From NCBI RefSeq assembly GCF_006345805.1, contig NC_043002.1, positions 43,276,001-43,340,000 of the forward strand: DNA of 64,000 bases, given 5' to 3'. The DNA comes from Octopus sinensis. Taxonomy: Eukaryota. The position numbers were made by a program, and so were the translations under genes. Below are positions 25,341-39,338 of this stretch, in pieces (the first letter of the stretch is position 1; every line of letters starts with the position of its first letter). Below the pieces are notes generated by a model. The model did no database searches. It had not been told where the DNA came from and saw only the letters and a list, made by a program, of their open reading frames with translations.

Positions 25341-25540
25341 ATGGGCCAATTTCGGTGTTTATTAATAACATCGTTAAAATATGTACCAGAAATACTGTGG
25401 AATCGATAAATGCACTGAAGTCCTATGTTCGTGTACCACACTGATTTCTGTAGTATTATATCATAAATAAAATAGTTATCAGTGATATTCACAAACCAAT
25501 TAAGGTCCCAGTGTATTGCTGACACGTTGATTGCGTCGTT
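25341..25540 (-). CDS. Candidate internal coding exon of an unidentified host gene (200 nt)
   Basis: Acceptor ctttctttctcacatcag and donor gtaaga. Only one frame is open: NDAINVSAIHWDLNWFVNITDNYFIYDIILQKSVWYTNIGLQCIYRFHSISGTYFNDVINKHRNWP. Non-repetitive context. Confidence 0.35.
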
Positions 25541-25932
25541 CTGATGTGAGAAAGAAAGCCTTTGCTCTAATAGGCCAGATGCTAAGTTACTGATTTGTGT
25601 AGCTGCCTACTTATCGGTCCCACTTTAGTAGACCTACAATATGTTAACCGCGGGACAAAAACATGGACGTGACCTCCAGATCTATCACTCCATACAATTT
25701 ACCTGTTAACAATAACTATCAAACACTTTTTGCATCATTTCTTGGGGGAACGAATATACATAAATTTAAAGAAAACAACCGCATTGATCAATCAATGTAG
25801 AGTAGCAATTATCACCTTAAGAGGAATTCTGAGACGAGTGGATGGCGAGGGAAGAAACTACGACAGGTGGGTTGTTCTTAGCCACTAACTTCGACCTCTG
25901 TAATTTTATTGTTATTATTATTATTATTATTA

Positions 25933-27650
25933 TTCAGTAGTTTTATTTTTATAGTGTGCTTTCACTTCACTACCGAGCGCAGCTCTGTGTGCCTTAGGTA
26001 TGTGCTGTGATTTGTTGTGATGCTCTGATGGTTATTGTATGGAAAGTGTTCTGCGTAGGATGTGTGCAGTGCCTAGTAGTGCAATTTTCTGTATGTTATA
26101 TGTGTTTGTAAGTCCTGGTGCTTTTGTTATGTATTTGTCTGAATATTTTTTTATCATGCCTAATGCACCTACTATGATAGGAATTGTTTCTGTTTTTAGA
26201 TTCCACATTCTGGTTACCTCTATTTCCAGGTCTTTGTATTTTGAGAGTTTCTCCATTTCTTTTAGAGACACGTTGTCATCTGCTGGTATTGATACATCAA
26301 TTAGAAAGCATTTGTTTTCTTCATGATCTCTGACAACTATATCTGGTCTGTTGGCCTTAATTTCTCTATCTGTGTGTATCGGCATATCCCAGAGTATGGT
26401 TGCTTTCTCGTTTTCTGTGACCTTTTCTGGTGTGTGTCTATACCATCTTTTTTCTGTTGTTATTCCATAATGTTGGCATAGCTTCCAGTGTATGTAGGTT
26501 CCAAGTCTGTCATGTCTGTGAATATATTCCTTCTTAGCCAGGACTGGGCAGCTAGAGATAATATGATTTATTGTTTCTTGTCCATCTCCACATATTCTGC
26601 AGTTACTTGTTATATTTCTTTTCATTACATGTTTTTGGTAATTTCTGGTGGGGAGGCTTTGGTCTTGTGCTGCAATTAAAAATCCCTCTGTCTCTGCTTT
26701 GAGTCCTGAGCTTCTTAACCATTGCTGGGATTTTTCTTTGTCTATTTCTTTTGCATTTAGTTTAGTCCAGTATTTACCATGAAGGGGCTTTTCTTGCCAT
26801 CGTTTTATCATGGTTCGTTGCTGTTCTATTTTTAGTTTTGATTTCAATTGTTTTATAGCTTTTGTTGTTTCTTCTTCTTCTTCATATTTATTAGGTGGTA
26901 TGATTTCTTGTTTGTATTTGTCAGCTTCCTTAAATACTGAGAACAGTTTTTTGTTTTGCTCGTGTTTTGCCGCTATTTGTATCAGTTTTCCTTCCGTCTG
27001 AAGTAGATATTTTTGCAGTCCTATGGTGGTTATTTTATAGTACTTTTCCAGCTGTATAAGGCTTCTACCACCTTCTATACGTTGTATATATAGTCTTTCT
27101 ATGTCAGATTTTGGGTGATGCATCCTAGATCCTGTCATTATTTTTCTTGTTTTCCTATCTATTTTGGTCAGTTCATTTAGTGTCCAGTTAAGGATATTGT
27201 AGCTGTAACTTATAACTCGGACAGCTAAAGTGTTAATACCTATTATCTTGTTTTTAGCATTGAGCTCTGTTTTTAGTATTGATCTAACTAGTCTATAATA
27301 TTCTTTTTTTATTTTCTCTTTCATTTGTGTGTTGTGTCTTATCTAGTTCATGGATTCCTAAGTATTTGTAAGTTTGGCTTTGGTCTAATTCTTTTATTTC
27401 ATTGGTTTTATCTAGTGTGATGTTGCTACTCTTAACTAGTTTTCCTCTTTTCATGGTTACTTTGGCGCATTTTTCTAATCCAAATTTCATATCTATTTCT
27501 TTGGTAAATCCATGAACTGTCTTTAATAGTGTTTCCAGCTGTTTGTCATTTGCAGCGTATAGTTTTAGGTCATCCATATATAAAAGGTGGCTGATCGTTT
27601 TGCCGTAACATTTATATCCGCATCCAGTTCTATTTAGCATATCGGATAGT
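25933..27650 (-). mobile_element. 5'-truncated R4/Dong-like RLE LINE (family B), young; one frameshift near 27325
   Basis: ORFs 27293-27640 (YMDDLK) and 26032-27324 (CRIC..H..C, RHD, RPDIVV..D..K..KY); (ATT)n flanks. Confidence 0.93.
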
Positions 27651-27658
27651 TATATCAG

Positions 27659-27730
<72 letters not shown>

Positions 27731-27749
27731 GTTATTGTTATTGTTATTA

Positions 27750-28990
27750 TATGTTTGACTTTTGCCTTGTGTTTGTACACGTTGACTCCAAGTCTCACCA
27801 AGAGACCTCAAGAGACAAATTAGAAGTTCAAGTGTTATGCCTAGGATGTCATATATTTGGTTTTGCACATAGTATATTTAAGAAAGCATAAGAAAATTGT
27901 AAGTTTGTTTTAAAGTTTGAGATTACATAGACAGTATTTTACGTAGGATATGGGCAGTTCCCATTAACCCTATCTTTTGAAATTCTGCCAATTTGGGGGT
28001 TTCCTGGTATCTGAACTAGGTAGCAATCAGCCCCTTTTGCTATCATCCCTAGAGCGCTTATGACAACAGGTATTGTTTTAGTCTTTATGTTACATTTTAC
28101 CAATTTCTATTTCAAGATCTTTATACTTACTCGGTTTTTGGTAGGTCTTGACAGATATATTCATGTCGATTGGGACAGTCATATTAACGAGGAGGTATGA
28201 TTTTTGTCTGAAGTCTTTCAATATAATGCATATTCGCATCTATCTTTCTGTCAGTTTGAACGGTAAGGTTCCAGAGGAGTGAGATGCGATCATTTTCAAG
28301 TACTGGAGGTAGTTTGTGTTCCCACCAGGGCAGGTCCAAGTCTTTGCAAATTACCCAATGAATATACTATCCTGCTCTATCATGCCTGTTGAGATACTCT
28401 GTAGGAGCAAGAAGACTGCACATGGAGACAACGGGATCAATGATTTCCTTTTGTTGTTTACATACACATGTTTGGCTATTGAAGTTCTTTAATATGTTGG
28501 CCTGGTAGCCTGTTGGTAGGCATTGATCATTTGCTGCTATGATAAAAACCCTTCTGTTCCTGATTTTAAGCCAGAAGGCTTTGTCGGAACTATTATCTCT
28601 ATTTGAGTATTCACCAGTGAAAGGTTTTTCTTGCTATTTATCAGTAAGAATATCTAAGGTAGCAGTTCTAGCACAGGTTTTCATACGCTTTGCTTTTCTG
28701 CGCTTGTTTCCAGTGCGTCAAATTCTGGGATTTGTTGTATTTGGAATTCACTTAAATATTCCTTTGCCTGTTTTGTTACTGAGTATGAGGCTTTCTTGTT
28801 CTTTATATTTTAAGACAAGTTTTAACATCCAGTCACCAGAGTTTTCCTGGTTGGTGTTTAGGCCATTAGTGGCAATCTTCATTGTTAATCCCAGTTGTAA
28901 AAGTCCACGGTCACCTTCTTTTCTTGGTAGGTAAAGTCGTATTATATCTGCCCTAGGGTGTAGTATTCTATGCATTGTCAACAATCTTCA

Positions 28991-28992
<2 letters not shown>
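27750..28992 (-). mobile_element. Degenerate R4/Dong-like LINE 3' portion (distinct family)
   Basis: LTMHRILHPRADIIRLYLPRKEG, EGFIIAANDQCL and EYLNRHDR remnants; (ATT)n flanks. Confidence 0.75.
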
Positions 28993-29042
<50 letters not shown>

Positions 29043-29479
29043 GTTGTTGTTGTTGTTGTTGTTGTCGTTGTTGTTGATGTTGTTGTTGTTGTTATTATTA
29101 TTATTATTTAAGGTTATATATATATTTTAGTGCATCATCTCATCATTGATGTATCATAAGGGACATCATCAAGGTACGTACATATATGTATGTATATATT
29201 CATATGTTTTATTTATTAATTTATTATATGACGGAACGCACGCATCCATTTCTAAGTAAGATTGTTCTTAATATTAATAATGATGCGCACTCTTAACCTT
29301 TCTCTCCCCCTCCCTTTCTCAGCCTTCATTCTTTTGGCTTTACTTTTCTTCTACCTTACTGCCTCTCCCTCTCTTTCTCATTCTTCATTCTTTTCTCTAC
29401 AACCATTCCCTTTTTTCTCTCCCTTTCTCTTACTCCTCCTCCTCCCTCCCGTCGCGGTCACGTGATGAGATGGGTCCTA

Positions 29480-30010
29480 CTGTCTTTCTTCTCCTGGCTT
29501 CCTTCAAGTAGAGACGGTAAAATCTGTTGCTCTCTGCCGTTCTCAAAAAATAGCGTTCGTAAATTTTTTTATCTCGTTTGGCTTAACAGCCCTTCTTGTT
29601 TGTGTTACTGTTATTCTCCGTGTCCTGTCTTTTACTGTTTATATTTTGTACTGTCGTTACTGTCCTGTTTTTGTTACCATTTTTACCCCTCCACAAAAAA
29701 TCAAAAATTTTATTTAATTTGATTTTCGCAGGAAGGAAAGTTTTATTGAAGTCATGTATCGCCTTGACCTTCGAAACGTGGAGTAGATGAAACTAAGGCC
29801 ACTGAAGAAGGGGAATTTTCCTTGTTTTGTATGTCTTGTACTCTATTTTTTTGTTGTTTAAAAGAAATGTCCATTTCCTTGTTTTTGTGTTTATGTTTTC
29901 GTTTCTCATTGTGTTCGACGTTTTTTTGGTGTCCTGTACCCATATATGCATGTATATATACATGTAGAGGTAGGTACGTACATATATGTACGTATATATG
30001 CATATGTTTT
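29480..30010. repeat. Interspersed non-coding repeat, second copy at 46410-46900
   Basis: Shared blocks ttaccatttttacccctcc..ggagtagatgaaac..ctgaagaaggggaa..ggtgtcctgtacccata. Confidence 0.75.
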
Positions 30011-30013
30011 ATT

Positions 30014-30087
<74 letters not shown>

Positions 30088-30219
30088 ATATATGTACGTA
30101 CATATTTTCATACATACATACATACGTTTTTATCGTTATACTTGGAGATGTTTATATATTGCCAATTATGACATAAACGTGCGTGTGTCTGTGTGTATAC
30201 ACACACACACACAGACACA

Positions 30220-30283
<64 letters not shown>

Positions 30284-30639
30284 GTCTTTTATTCTTTTAT
30301 TCTTGTTTCAGTCATTTGATTGCGGCCATATTGGAGCACCGCATATGTGTACACACATACACACATACACACACATACGCACTCATTATTGTTATATTTC
30401 TATAATTTTGCTTTGTCATTCAAATCATATATCAATACCTGAGTAATTGATAGTTTTAGCAACATTGTCAAGAATAAATTGTTATATCTATTTATATTGA
30501 TCACAAACACACAAATACAGACAATTCAACAGCGTCGACTTCTACTCCGCAATAACCAAATTCTTATATTTGAGAATACTAAATTTCGCAAAAATCTATG
30601 ACACAACTACAAACCAGGAGATCAATATCGTATTACATG

Positions 30640-32200
30640 GTAGACTGTCGATGGCTTCTGATGAAAAGTCCTGTAGGTAAAAATGATAACCGCTCATTCT
30701 CCGACATAACGACCAATAGGAAAGACTCACTTGATATTTGCGAGTTTATAGACCTATACATACCACATATACTAAATGTGGAGATCAATAATATGAAATG
30801 TGGACTGTATTGAGACATTGGTTTTATAGCTTTTGAAAGCATGAAAAGGCCAACAGATGAATAATTTCAGGAAAATCTTTAACTTCTTCAAAGATCCTAA
30901 TCTAAGAATCACAATAGAGAATAACCTCCTAAAAATACTTAACTTCCCTGGTAACTGACTAAACTTATATACCAGTAGATATCATCCTGTCAGAAAACCT
31001 AATGAGAGGCTTCTATACATTAATAAAAGTTTCAGCTAATTGTTTTCCGTAACCAAGAAGCTACTTAAACCACAAATCTACGCTTATTAAACATATTCTT
31101 AGAAGAATCTTTTGAAAGCGATTTCCTTACGGAGCAATCTTGATAATGATAAGTGTTTCAAAATCAATCTTCATTTCAGAAATCACAAGCAATCCCCACT
31201 CCTGTAAATAACATAATTTCAAAATTCTGTGGTTCACACCCTACTCGCAATTTTTTTTTTCTGTCATACCATTTATTTTCTCTTGTATAAGTAGTTCTCA
31301 ATATAAGATATAATAAACTATTCAACAGAAATTACATTAAACCTACTTACAACGAAACACCTAATTTCGTCATAGATTTAGCCTTAAATTTCTCTGAGAA
31401 CAACGCTAATTTATTCCTTACAGCCACTTATACTAACACTCAAAAGTGCCAACTCGATGGGCTATGCTTTAAAAATCAGTTGTATAGCAAGCATAAGTCT
31501 TCAACGACAATAGTTACATAGCCCGACGCCGTTTGTCCTAATGGAAACTACTTCTAAATCTATGTTCTTCTGTCAGAATCATAAGCAAAGGAGTAGACAC
31601 CAGATGTATATAGTCATTAAAGGAACAACTGAACTCCAAATATAGCTTTACGTAGTGCATTATAGAGAATGCAAAAACTTACGAGCAAAATGGAACTTGC
31701 AACTAGTATATCGCAAAACTGTTCTTATTCTTCAATTCCAGCCGACCATGAATTAGAAGTCAAAACTAATTTCCTCTTGGATGCATTAAATTTATACTTA
31801 TTGTGAAAACTAGTTGTCTACAAGCAACTAAGCAGAAGACAAATTACACCCAATATCTATCATTATAATCTTATACTATCAGCTTTTACGAAATCGCTTA
31901 AGTAGATACATCTCTTAACTAAATTCATTATATATGCCTCTCCCACAAATTTGCGATCGTTCGCACACATATCTACCTAATACTGTAACATTTCTCTTCG
32001 CACACATATCTACATACGTACTGTAACATTTCTCTATGAACACAATCTTGAAGAATTCATAACCTGACTTGAAACGTATGTGGCTATGCAGCGCTAGGTT
32101 ACGAGCGTGAATTTACTGCTTGGTAATTTTGTGTTTGCAATTTGCATGTCGTCTAATTACTTGTTATCATTTGTATTCTAATTTTCCGTATCTCGATCAC
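30640..32200 (+). mobile_element. Highly degenerate Penelope-like element
   Basis: DICEFIDLYI..GLY*DIG (cf. GLYRDDG), LRITIE, RKPNERLLYINK and CQLDGLC remnants; hammerhead-like relic at 32041-32082. Confidence 0.7.
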
Positions 32201-33369
32201 TCACACTTCAAAAATATTTGAATTTATAACGCTACATTCTGCAGCACACGAACTTCACTTTTGAAAATTTGTTAGTCTGTATAAGTGTAACATTTTGCGT
32301 TTTGTTTGGTGGTCCGTATTTATATATCTCTGTATCTCATTATTTCTTTATCACTAGTCTCAACAGTTTACAAGACTTTACTTGTCTCTTTCTGCATTTT
32401 GAATTTTGCATTTCGCTTTCTGCACACCGTAGTAATTACACATTTATATATTCCTTGCGTAGAAAGGCAAGGGGACAGGAGTTATGCAATCAACTTCATT
32501 AGCTTACAGCTGTTTCTGCTATAGAGAAACAATGCACGCATAGTTGAGTCCTTTTGCAACATTTTAGAGCTTCCTAGCTCGGAGAAAGCTATAAGCTGTT
32601 GCCCAAACTGCCAACTTTGAGTGCACTAGCTCTAGAGTAGTAACAGCTGTAAACAAATGATGCTAATTACGTAATTCCTATTCCTTTGCCATTCAATAAT
32701 TAATATTAAGTACTGTATTTACCTATAGAATACAGAGTACAACCTATAGAATACGATGTAGATATACTTTTCTAAAGCATATGTACATTGACATTTTACA
32801 ACTGGTTATTACTTTCGCTATGCTAAAGCGAAATCATTAAGTTTATATTTTCCTCTACTTCTGCACTTTGCAGTCTTCAAACTTTTCAATAACTCAAGTA
32901 TACAACTCTACAATTTTTACATTCCATTCTTTAACCCTGCAATTTCTCATTGTTGTAGTCTTCTGTATTCCTATATTTCCAAGTTTCTGGAAACTCATAA
33001 TTTTTTCTTTATATAATTAAAATTACTCAAGTCTTATTTTGCTTTTACATAAACTTTGCACAATTTTTATGCGTTCTTGCATACTGTGAAAAATGTCTGC
33101 ATAATGCGCATGTGCACATGAGGAGAAGGTAGAGAGGCTGTGTATGTATGTGATTGTCGATATATGTATATATGCACTTGCGTATACGTATAAGCGTAAG
33201 CGCACAGTGTACATGCAGATGTGGATCACATGTTTAGACGGGATAATCAGATGAAAATGTGATGCAATGTGATATATTCTGTTCGATAGCTTGTCAGCAC
33301 AGTTCATTGTTTCCTCCTCAAACCCTCATCGCACCTGCTAAGGAAATATAGCGTTTATAGAATTGGGTT

Positions 33370-34490
33370 CCCTAAGCTCAGAAACATCAAACGTCTTCTT
33401 TGTAGATGGCACGAAGCTGTATACCCCCAAACATTAACCACATCAAAAAGCATTTGAATCTCATCGCCAAATATTCTACAGATTTCGAAATAAAATTTGG
33501 TGAGTACAAACATGTATTTTTAGTAGAAAGATCAGATAACGTTATACTGTACTCATACAAAACGAAATATGAATAGTTTGGCAACACAGCTTTTATGAGA
33601 ACCACTCATCTTGAAGGTTAACATCATACAATGCAGGAGTCACAAATCTTTTACTAATTGTATTCTATAGAAAAGACAGAAAGCATCAGCTGAGCGGAGG
33701 TGCAATGGACCAGTGGTTAGGGCAGCGGACTCGCGGTCGCAAGAACGCGATTTCGATTCCCAGATCGGGCATTGTGAGTGTTTATTGAGCAAAAACACCT
33801 AAGCTCCACGAGGCTCCGGTGGGGTGGGGGTGAACCCCGCCGTACTCTTTAACTACAACTTTTCTCACTCTTTCTTCCTACTTCTGCCACAAAGCAGAGG
33901 AACCATGGTGTAACCCACTATGGTGTGGTAAACTTTCAGACCCTAGTCTAGATTGCGGATCCTCTGTACCCCAGGATGGTTCAGCTCTCCACCCGTTAAA
34001 AGCCACCGTTTACGGAATGAGGATAACAACGTAGCTTTCGCACCCGTGCAACCCCCAGTCTATCTCGTGTGGTGGGTGGATCTTCAAGTTGCCACACGCA
34101 TTCTTAGTAGCTTAGAGTAGACTCGAATTAGAGATTATTATTTGTGGCTAATGGCGTAAGTCCTGACTGGAAGAAGAAGCATCAACTGACAACATATGTA
34201 AACTATACAAAACCAAAACCGAAAACATTAGCCACATCACTGACAAGTGTGAGAGAATGTTTTCTGGATACTGCATTCTCATGAGGCATGATGTTGAAGC
34301 CAGAGCAATTTTGAATAAAATAAAAAGGCAAAAAAATAGCATCAAAGAAGACTGTAAAGCGATCGATGAATCAAAAGAACATTGGCGGAATCTATGAATG
34401 AAAGCACCAACCGAATTAAAATATAACAGACCTGATATTGTTGTTTGGGACCACAGCTGCCCATTTTGATGTGTTAACATATCAAGTCGG
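33370..34490 (+). mobile_element. Ancient RLE-type LINE remnant interrupted by a SINE
   Basis: FFVDGTKLY..YSTDFEIKFG; ICKLYKTKTENISHITDKC..MRHD; KYNRPDIVVWD. Confidence 0.65.
33695..33880 (+). mobile_element. tRNA-derived SINE
   Basis: tggaccagtggttagggcagcggactcgcgg..gatttcgattccc head. Confidence 0.7.
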
Positions 34491-35085
34491 CAGCTGACTT
34501 TCATACAGAGCATTGTTTATATAATTATTTCGTGGCCCAGACAATAATAGTAGGTCGCTAAAACAGGGACGACGAGAAATAAGGTATGAAAGAGTTGGAG
34601 TAAGCGTGGATATGGTGAAACTCATATGCATGCATACGAGTCAACGAAGGAGCTGCAACGCAGTCGCACAAGTTTGAAATAGTAGCTATGGAAGAGGAGT
34701 CGCTAGACTTGAAGTACCAGTTCAACTTCATACTAAACGTTACTGACGTGAGGGGATATGTGCTAATACGAATGGGTACTTGGAGAAAGAATGTAACCCT
34801 TTAATTCATAAAATTTATAGGATCAAAGGTTGTGCAAAGGATGACGAAATTAGAAGAACCCTTTCTTAAAAGAATAGTTTTTCTTTACTAACTTGAAATT
34901 GAGAATATGAGCGCTCAAAAATAAACTCTAAAAGTTCACATAAGAAAACAGGCTCGCTGTGCACGTATATGGACATTTAAATGCCGGTATGCTGCTGCTG
35001 AGGCTGCCTTGTCCTATGTCAATCCTGATTCAGCAGACGTGGTCATCAATGTTACAGTCGAGATCATCCTTACCTTCATTTAGAC

Positions 35086-35425
35086 CAGGGTTTTGCAACC
35101 ATTTTTTTTTTATCTATGGACCTCTTTGAGTACTATTTTATTCTGGTGGATCCCCAAAGCTATAGAACGTTAAAAACTAGTTTTATACATAGTTCTTTCA
35201 AAATTATTGTTTTGCTTGTCAAACATTAACTGATGCAAAATTTTTTCTGAGCCTCTTAAAATGCTATTGTGGATGCCTAATTTACTATTTTCTATTTTGT
35301 TGTGCGCGCCCCCATAAAAAAATCCCCTGATCCTACACTCTGTTTTCTGCCTATTTTCTTTTCTTTCTCTCTATCCCCGTATCATCCTCTATATTTCTTT
35401 TTCCCTCTCCTTCTTTGCTATCCCC

Positions 35426-35466
<41 letters not shown>

Positions 35467-35564
35467 GAGCAAAACGTCCCCCGTCCAATAGACGGTGCTG
35501 AGTTGTCAAACATCTAAACCAAATTTTCCGACTGTCCCATAGGCCTCCCCTTTGAGAAACACTG
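35086..35564. mobile_element. Probable hAT (Charlie-like) MITE with nested simple repeats
   Basis: Ends cagggttttgcaa and ttgagaaacactg form an imperfect TIR; 8-bp flanks atttagac and atttaacc. Confidence 0.45.
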
Positions 35565-35783
35565 ATTTAACCTAAAATTGAGCCACCAGCAAAAGAAGAA
35601 ATAAAGAGAGACGTTTTTTTCTATTCCAAAGAAAAACGATTTCCCACAGCTTTATCGACCGCATTCTCACCTGGAATCGATTTTTGTAATTTTTTCAAGA
35701 CTTATACACGCCCTGATACCGTCGGTATCTACATATCAAATTTGAGAGCAATCGGATGGAGGATGCCCGAGATACTGGAAGAT

Positions 35784-35824
<41 letters not shown>

Positions 35825-35834
<10 letters not shown>

Positions 35835-36200
35835 AACGGCAGTTTGTCTGTGCGTTTTCTGTGTGTCTGTTTTCTCGTACCCTCACTCTGACCACGGCTT
35901 TCAACCGATTCTGATGAAACTTGACACACACATAGCCCAATGTCATAATTCAAAACTAACGCAGCGAAAATTTTGAAAAGTTCCCCAGTTCTGAAAAAAA
36001 TCGATAAATTCGACATGGGGTCGAGAATCAGAAACCCAAACACAGACCGTCTAGGGGACGCAACTCCACCTTTTTTAACTCTCAAAAAAAATTTACCATC
36101 ATTTTTTTCCCATTTTTTTGCTATTTTTTGGCTATAACTCTCTAAATGCTTTATAGTTATTTCCCTTCAAACCTGGAGCAACGCCGGGCGATAATGCTAG
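35825..36200 (+). mobile_element. Non-autonomous Helitron
   Basis: 3' hairpin cctggagcaacgccggg followed ~10 nt later by CTAG|T; sits in (TA)n; 3' end shared with 58605-58830. Confidence 0.78.
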
Positions 36201-36211
36201 TATATATATAT

Positions 36212-36253
<42 letters not shown>

Positions 36254-36599
36254 CCTATACTGTCATTAGACTTTACTATCATTAGACTGCGGCCGTGCTG
36301 GGGCACCGCTATAAAGAATTTAAGTTGAATGAATTAACCCCAGTACTTATTCTTTCAAAACCTGGTAATCATTCCATCGGCGTCTTTTGCCGAATATCTG
36401 AGTTATGAGAACTTAAAGACACCAACACGGTTGTCAAGTGGCGGTTGGGGACATAGACACAAAGACATGCGCACGCGCACACAGACACACATGTATGTAT
36501 ATATATATATATATTATATATATATATAATATATATATATATAAATATATGTGTGTGGGTGCGCGCATGTGTGTTTGCATGAATGTCTTCGTATCTATG

Positions 36600-36648
<49 letters not shown>

Positions 36649-36868
36649 ATATAACGCATAAACGCTGATAGAATAACAGAGACTGGATATGATGTCCATA
36701 CAAAGTGGAACATTTTTCCGTTTTGTATGGATATTTTATCCAATCTCTGCTGTTATATCGGTTTATACGTTTGAAAATACATTATAATCTCATTTGTATC
36801 TCACAATACACATTTCAAGCTTCTAAAACAAACATTAGTTTGTGTTTATATTTATCGTAATACATACC

Positions 36869-36956
<88 letters not shown>

Positions 36957-37129
36957 GACGGGCTTCTTTCAGTTCCCATCAACCAAATCCATTTACAAGG
37001 TTTTTAGTTGGCCCGTGGCTATCATAAAAGACACTTCTTCAAGCTGCCGTGCAGTGGGGTCTATTAAGTTTACAAGAGTTGGGAAAAACAGGCAGTCGTA
37101 TACTAATAGTGTAGGCATGTTCTTATTTA

Positions 37130-37999
37130 CAAGGTCTGGTCAATAAGTATCCCAACTGTAACGAAGCTAAAGCACGCAGAGTTAAGCCACTTGGAATAGA
37201 TTGATCTTGAACAGTGTTGTACATGTGCACTAAGTTTTAACATTCTAGCTCACTTCTGCTGTTTACACCAGTGCTTGCAAGGAAGGTGCGTAGTTTGTGA
37301 TTGTCGCAAAAGTTGTCATGGCGATACCTGCTCGGAGACCTACGCAAATTGGCTGAAAGTTTATGGAGAGAAGTGTATGAGCCGCACACAAGTGTGTGAG
37401 TGATTCAGACGTTTCCAAGATAGGCGAAAAAATGTCGATATTGACGAACGTTCTAGGAGACCCACAACCAGCAGAACTGAGAAAAACATCGCAGATGTTC
37501 GAGCAGCTGTGTGGGGGAAATCATTTAATCACCTTCCATGAATTATCAGAACATGTGAAGATTAGTTACGGTTCAGCTCAGTCTATTATCACTGAAAATT
37601 TGGGTATGAGACGCGTGTCTGCAAAGTTTATGACGAAACTGCCTTCCGCTGACGCAAGGACACACGATCTCGCCGATTGCGTCGTTGTACAAGATCTCGC
37701 CGATTGCGTCGTGAACGATGAAAACATTTTGAAAACTTTGCGTAGGTGTCTGAGCAGGTATCGCCAAGCTTTTGGCAAAATTTGCTGCAGATTGTTTGCT
37801 CAGCTTTCTCTGTCATGGACAATGCGACGATCACACGCTACACACCTTCCCAAGCACTGCTGTAAACAGCAGAAGTGAGTAGAAACTTAATGTGTATACA
37901 CAGCAGAGTTCAATGTCATTCTGTGCCAAGCAGCTTTACTCTGCGTGCTTTAGCTTCGTTACTATGGCAACCGTCCGGATACTTATTGATCATACCGCG
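37130..37999. mobile_element. Mariner-derived fold-back element (two inverted 5' ends)
   Basis: TA-flanked TIRs ..tcaataagtatcc and ggatacttattga... The plus strand has ISYGSAQSIITENLGMRRVSAKF; the minus strand has MTEKAEQTICSKFCQKLGDTCSDTYAK. Confidence 0.8.
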
Positions 38000-38594
38000 T
38001 ATATGATATTTTATTCCTATGACAGCCAGTTAATTTTACCAAACGCTCTCAGAGCGATATCCACCAAGAAGTATATACATATACCTAGGCCCATCAGGCA
38101 TTCCATTCATTTCCCAGCTCAAAGGGGCGAGCCCCGTTCTATGCTCAGGTCAAGGCATAGATCGCAACCCCCAATATCAGCAGCGGGGCCCGATAGCATA
38201 TGTTGGTTTACCTCCGCCACATCATGCTGGTTCCGTACACCTTTGAGCAACATCAAATACACTCATCCGTCCACAAACACTCTCCAAGCTTTCCTATCAT
38301 TTATAAACTCGCTTGCCTCTCTCACTCCAACACCTCTAACTACCAAAACTTTCCTCACTCCATCTGCTGCCTACCATTTCAGCCTACGTCAAGAAGTGGA
38401 CAGGTAAATTTGCAATCATTGGATATGTATGAATAAAAATATATGGCTGGGCGTTTTTCTACTGGAGGCCTGAACATTCCACTTCCGGTTTATTATGGGT
38501 CTCAGAATTGAAGAAAAAAAATAAAGAAAAAATTCGGAACGAAATTTATAGATGAAATGACAAATTAAAAACCCAAACATACAAATGTACAAAG

Positions 38595-38613
38595 CAGTGT
38601 GTGTATGTGTGCA

Positions 38614-38647
<34 letters not shown>

Positions 38648-38716
38648 GTGTGGTGTGTGTGTGTGTGTGTGTGATTGTGTGTATGCACGTACATACATAC
38701 AAGCAGGCAGGAAGCT

Positions 38717-38785
<69 letters not shown>

Positions 38786-39267
38786 CATAACTTGTAAGTG
38801 TTAAACATACTCAGGTATTTTTAATACTGATAAAGGCTGTACCTGATATGGAACTTAATATGAATTATAGAATTAAATTAGATCGTGGTTTCAATTCCTA
38901 GACCGGGTGGTGCGTTGTATTTGATCATTATAAAACAAATCATTTGTGCAGGTCACTCAGCAAAAGCTGAACGTTCATATGTCGTCTTCGACAGGAGAGT
39001 CCATGAGGATAGAAAACTCCGAATGACCCGTCCTTGTTTTTCTTTGTATCGTCTGACTGGGTGTTTTGTTGTCCCTTTTTTTTGTATTACCTTACTGTCT
39101 GGATGTTTTGCGTTCTTGCCCCATCTTTGTATTTTTTAAATATAAAATTATATGCATGTTTGTGTACTGTCTCTGTGTGTGTACATATATTCATATTTGA
39201 ATGCTCTGCATGTACGCATATATATGTGTGTGTGTGTATGTGTGTGGTGTGTGTGTGTGTGTGTGTA

Positions 39268-39338
<71 letters not shown>

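Noticed and set aside
34560-35000. Possible ancient LINE 3' remnants (also 38200-38410)
   Set aside because: Only faint motif traces are visible, not enough to call.
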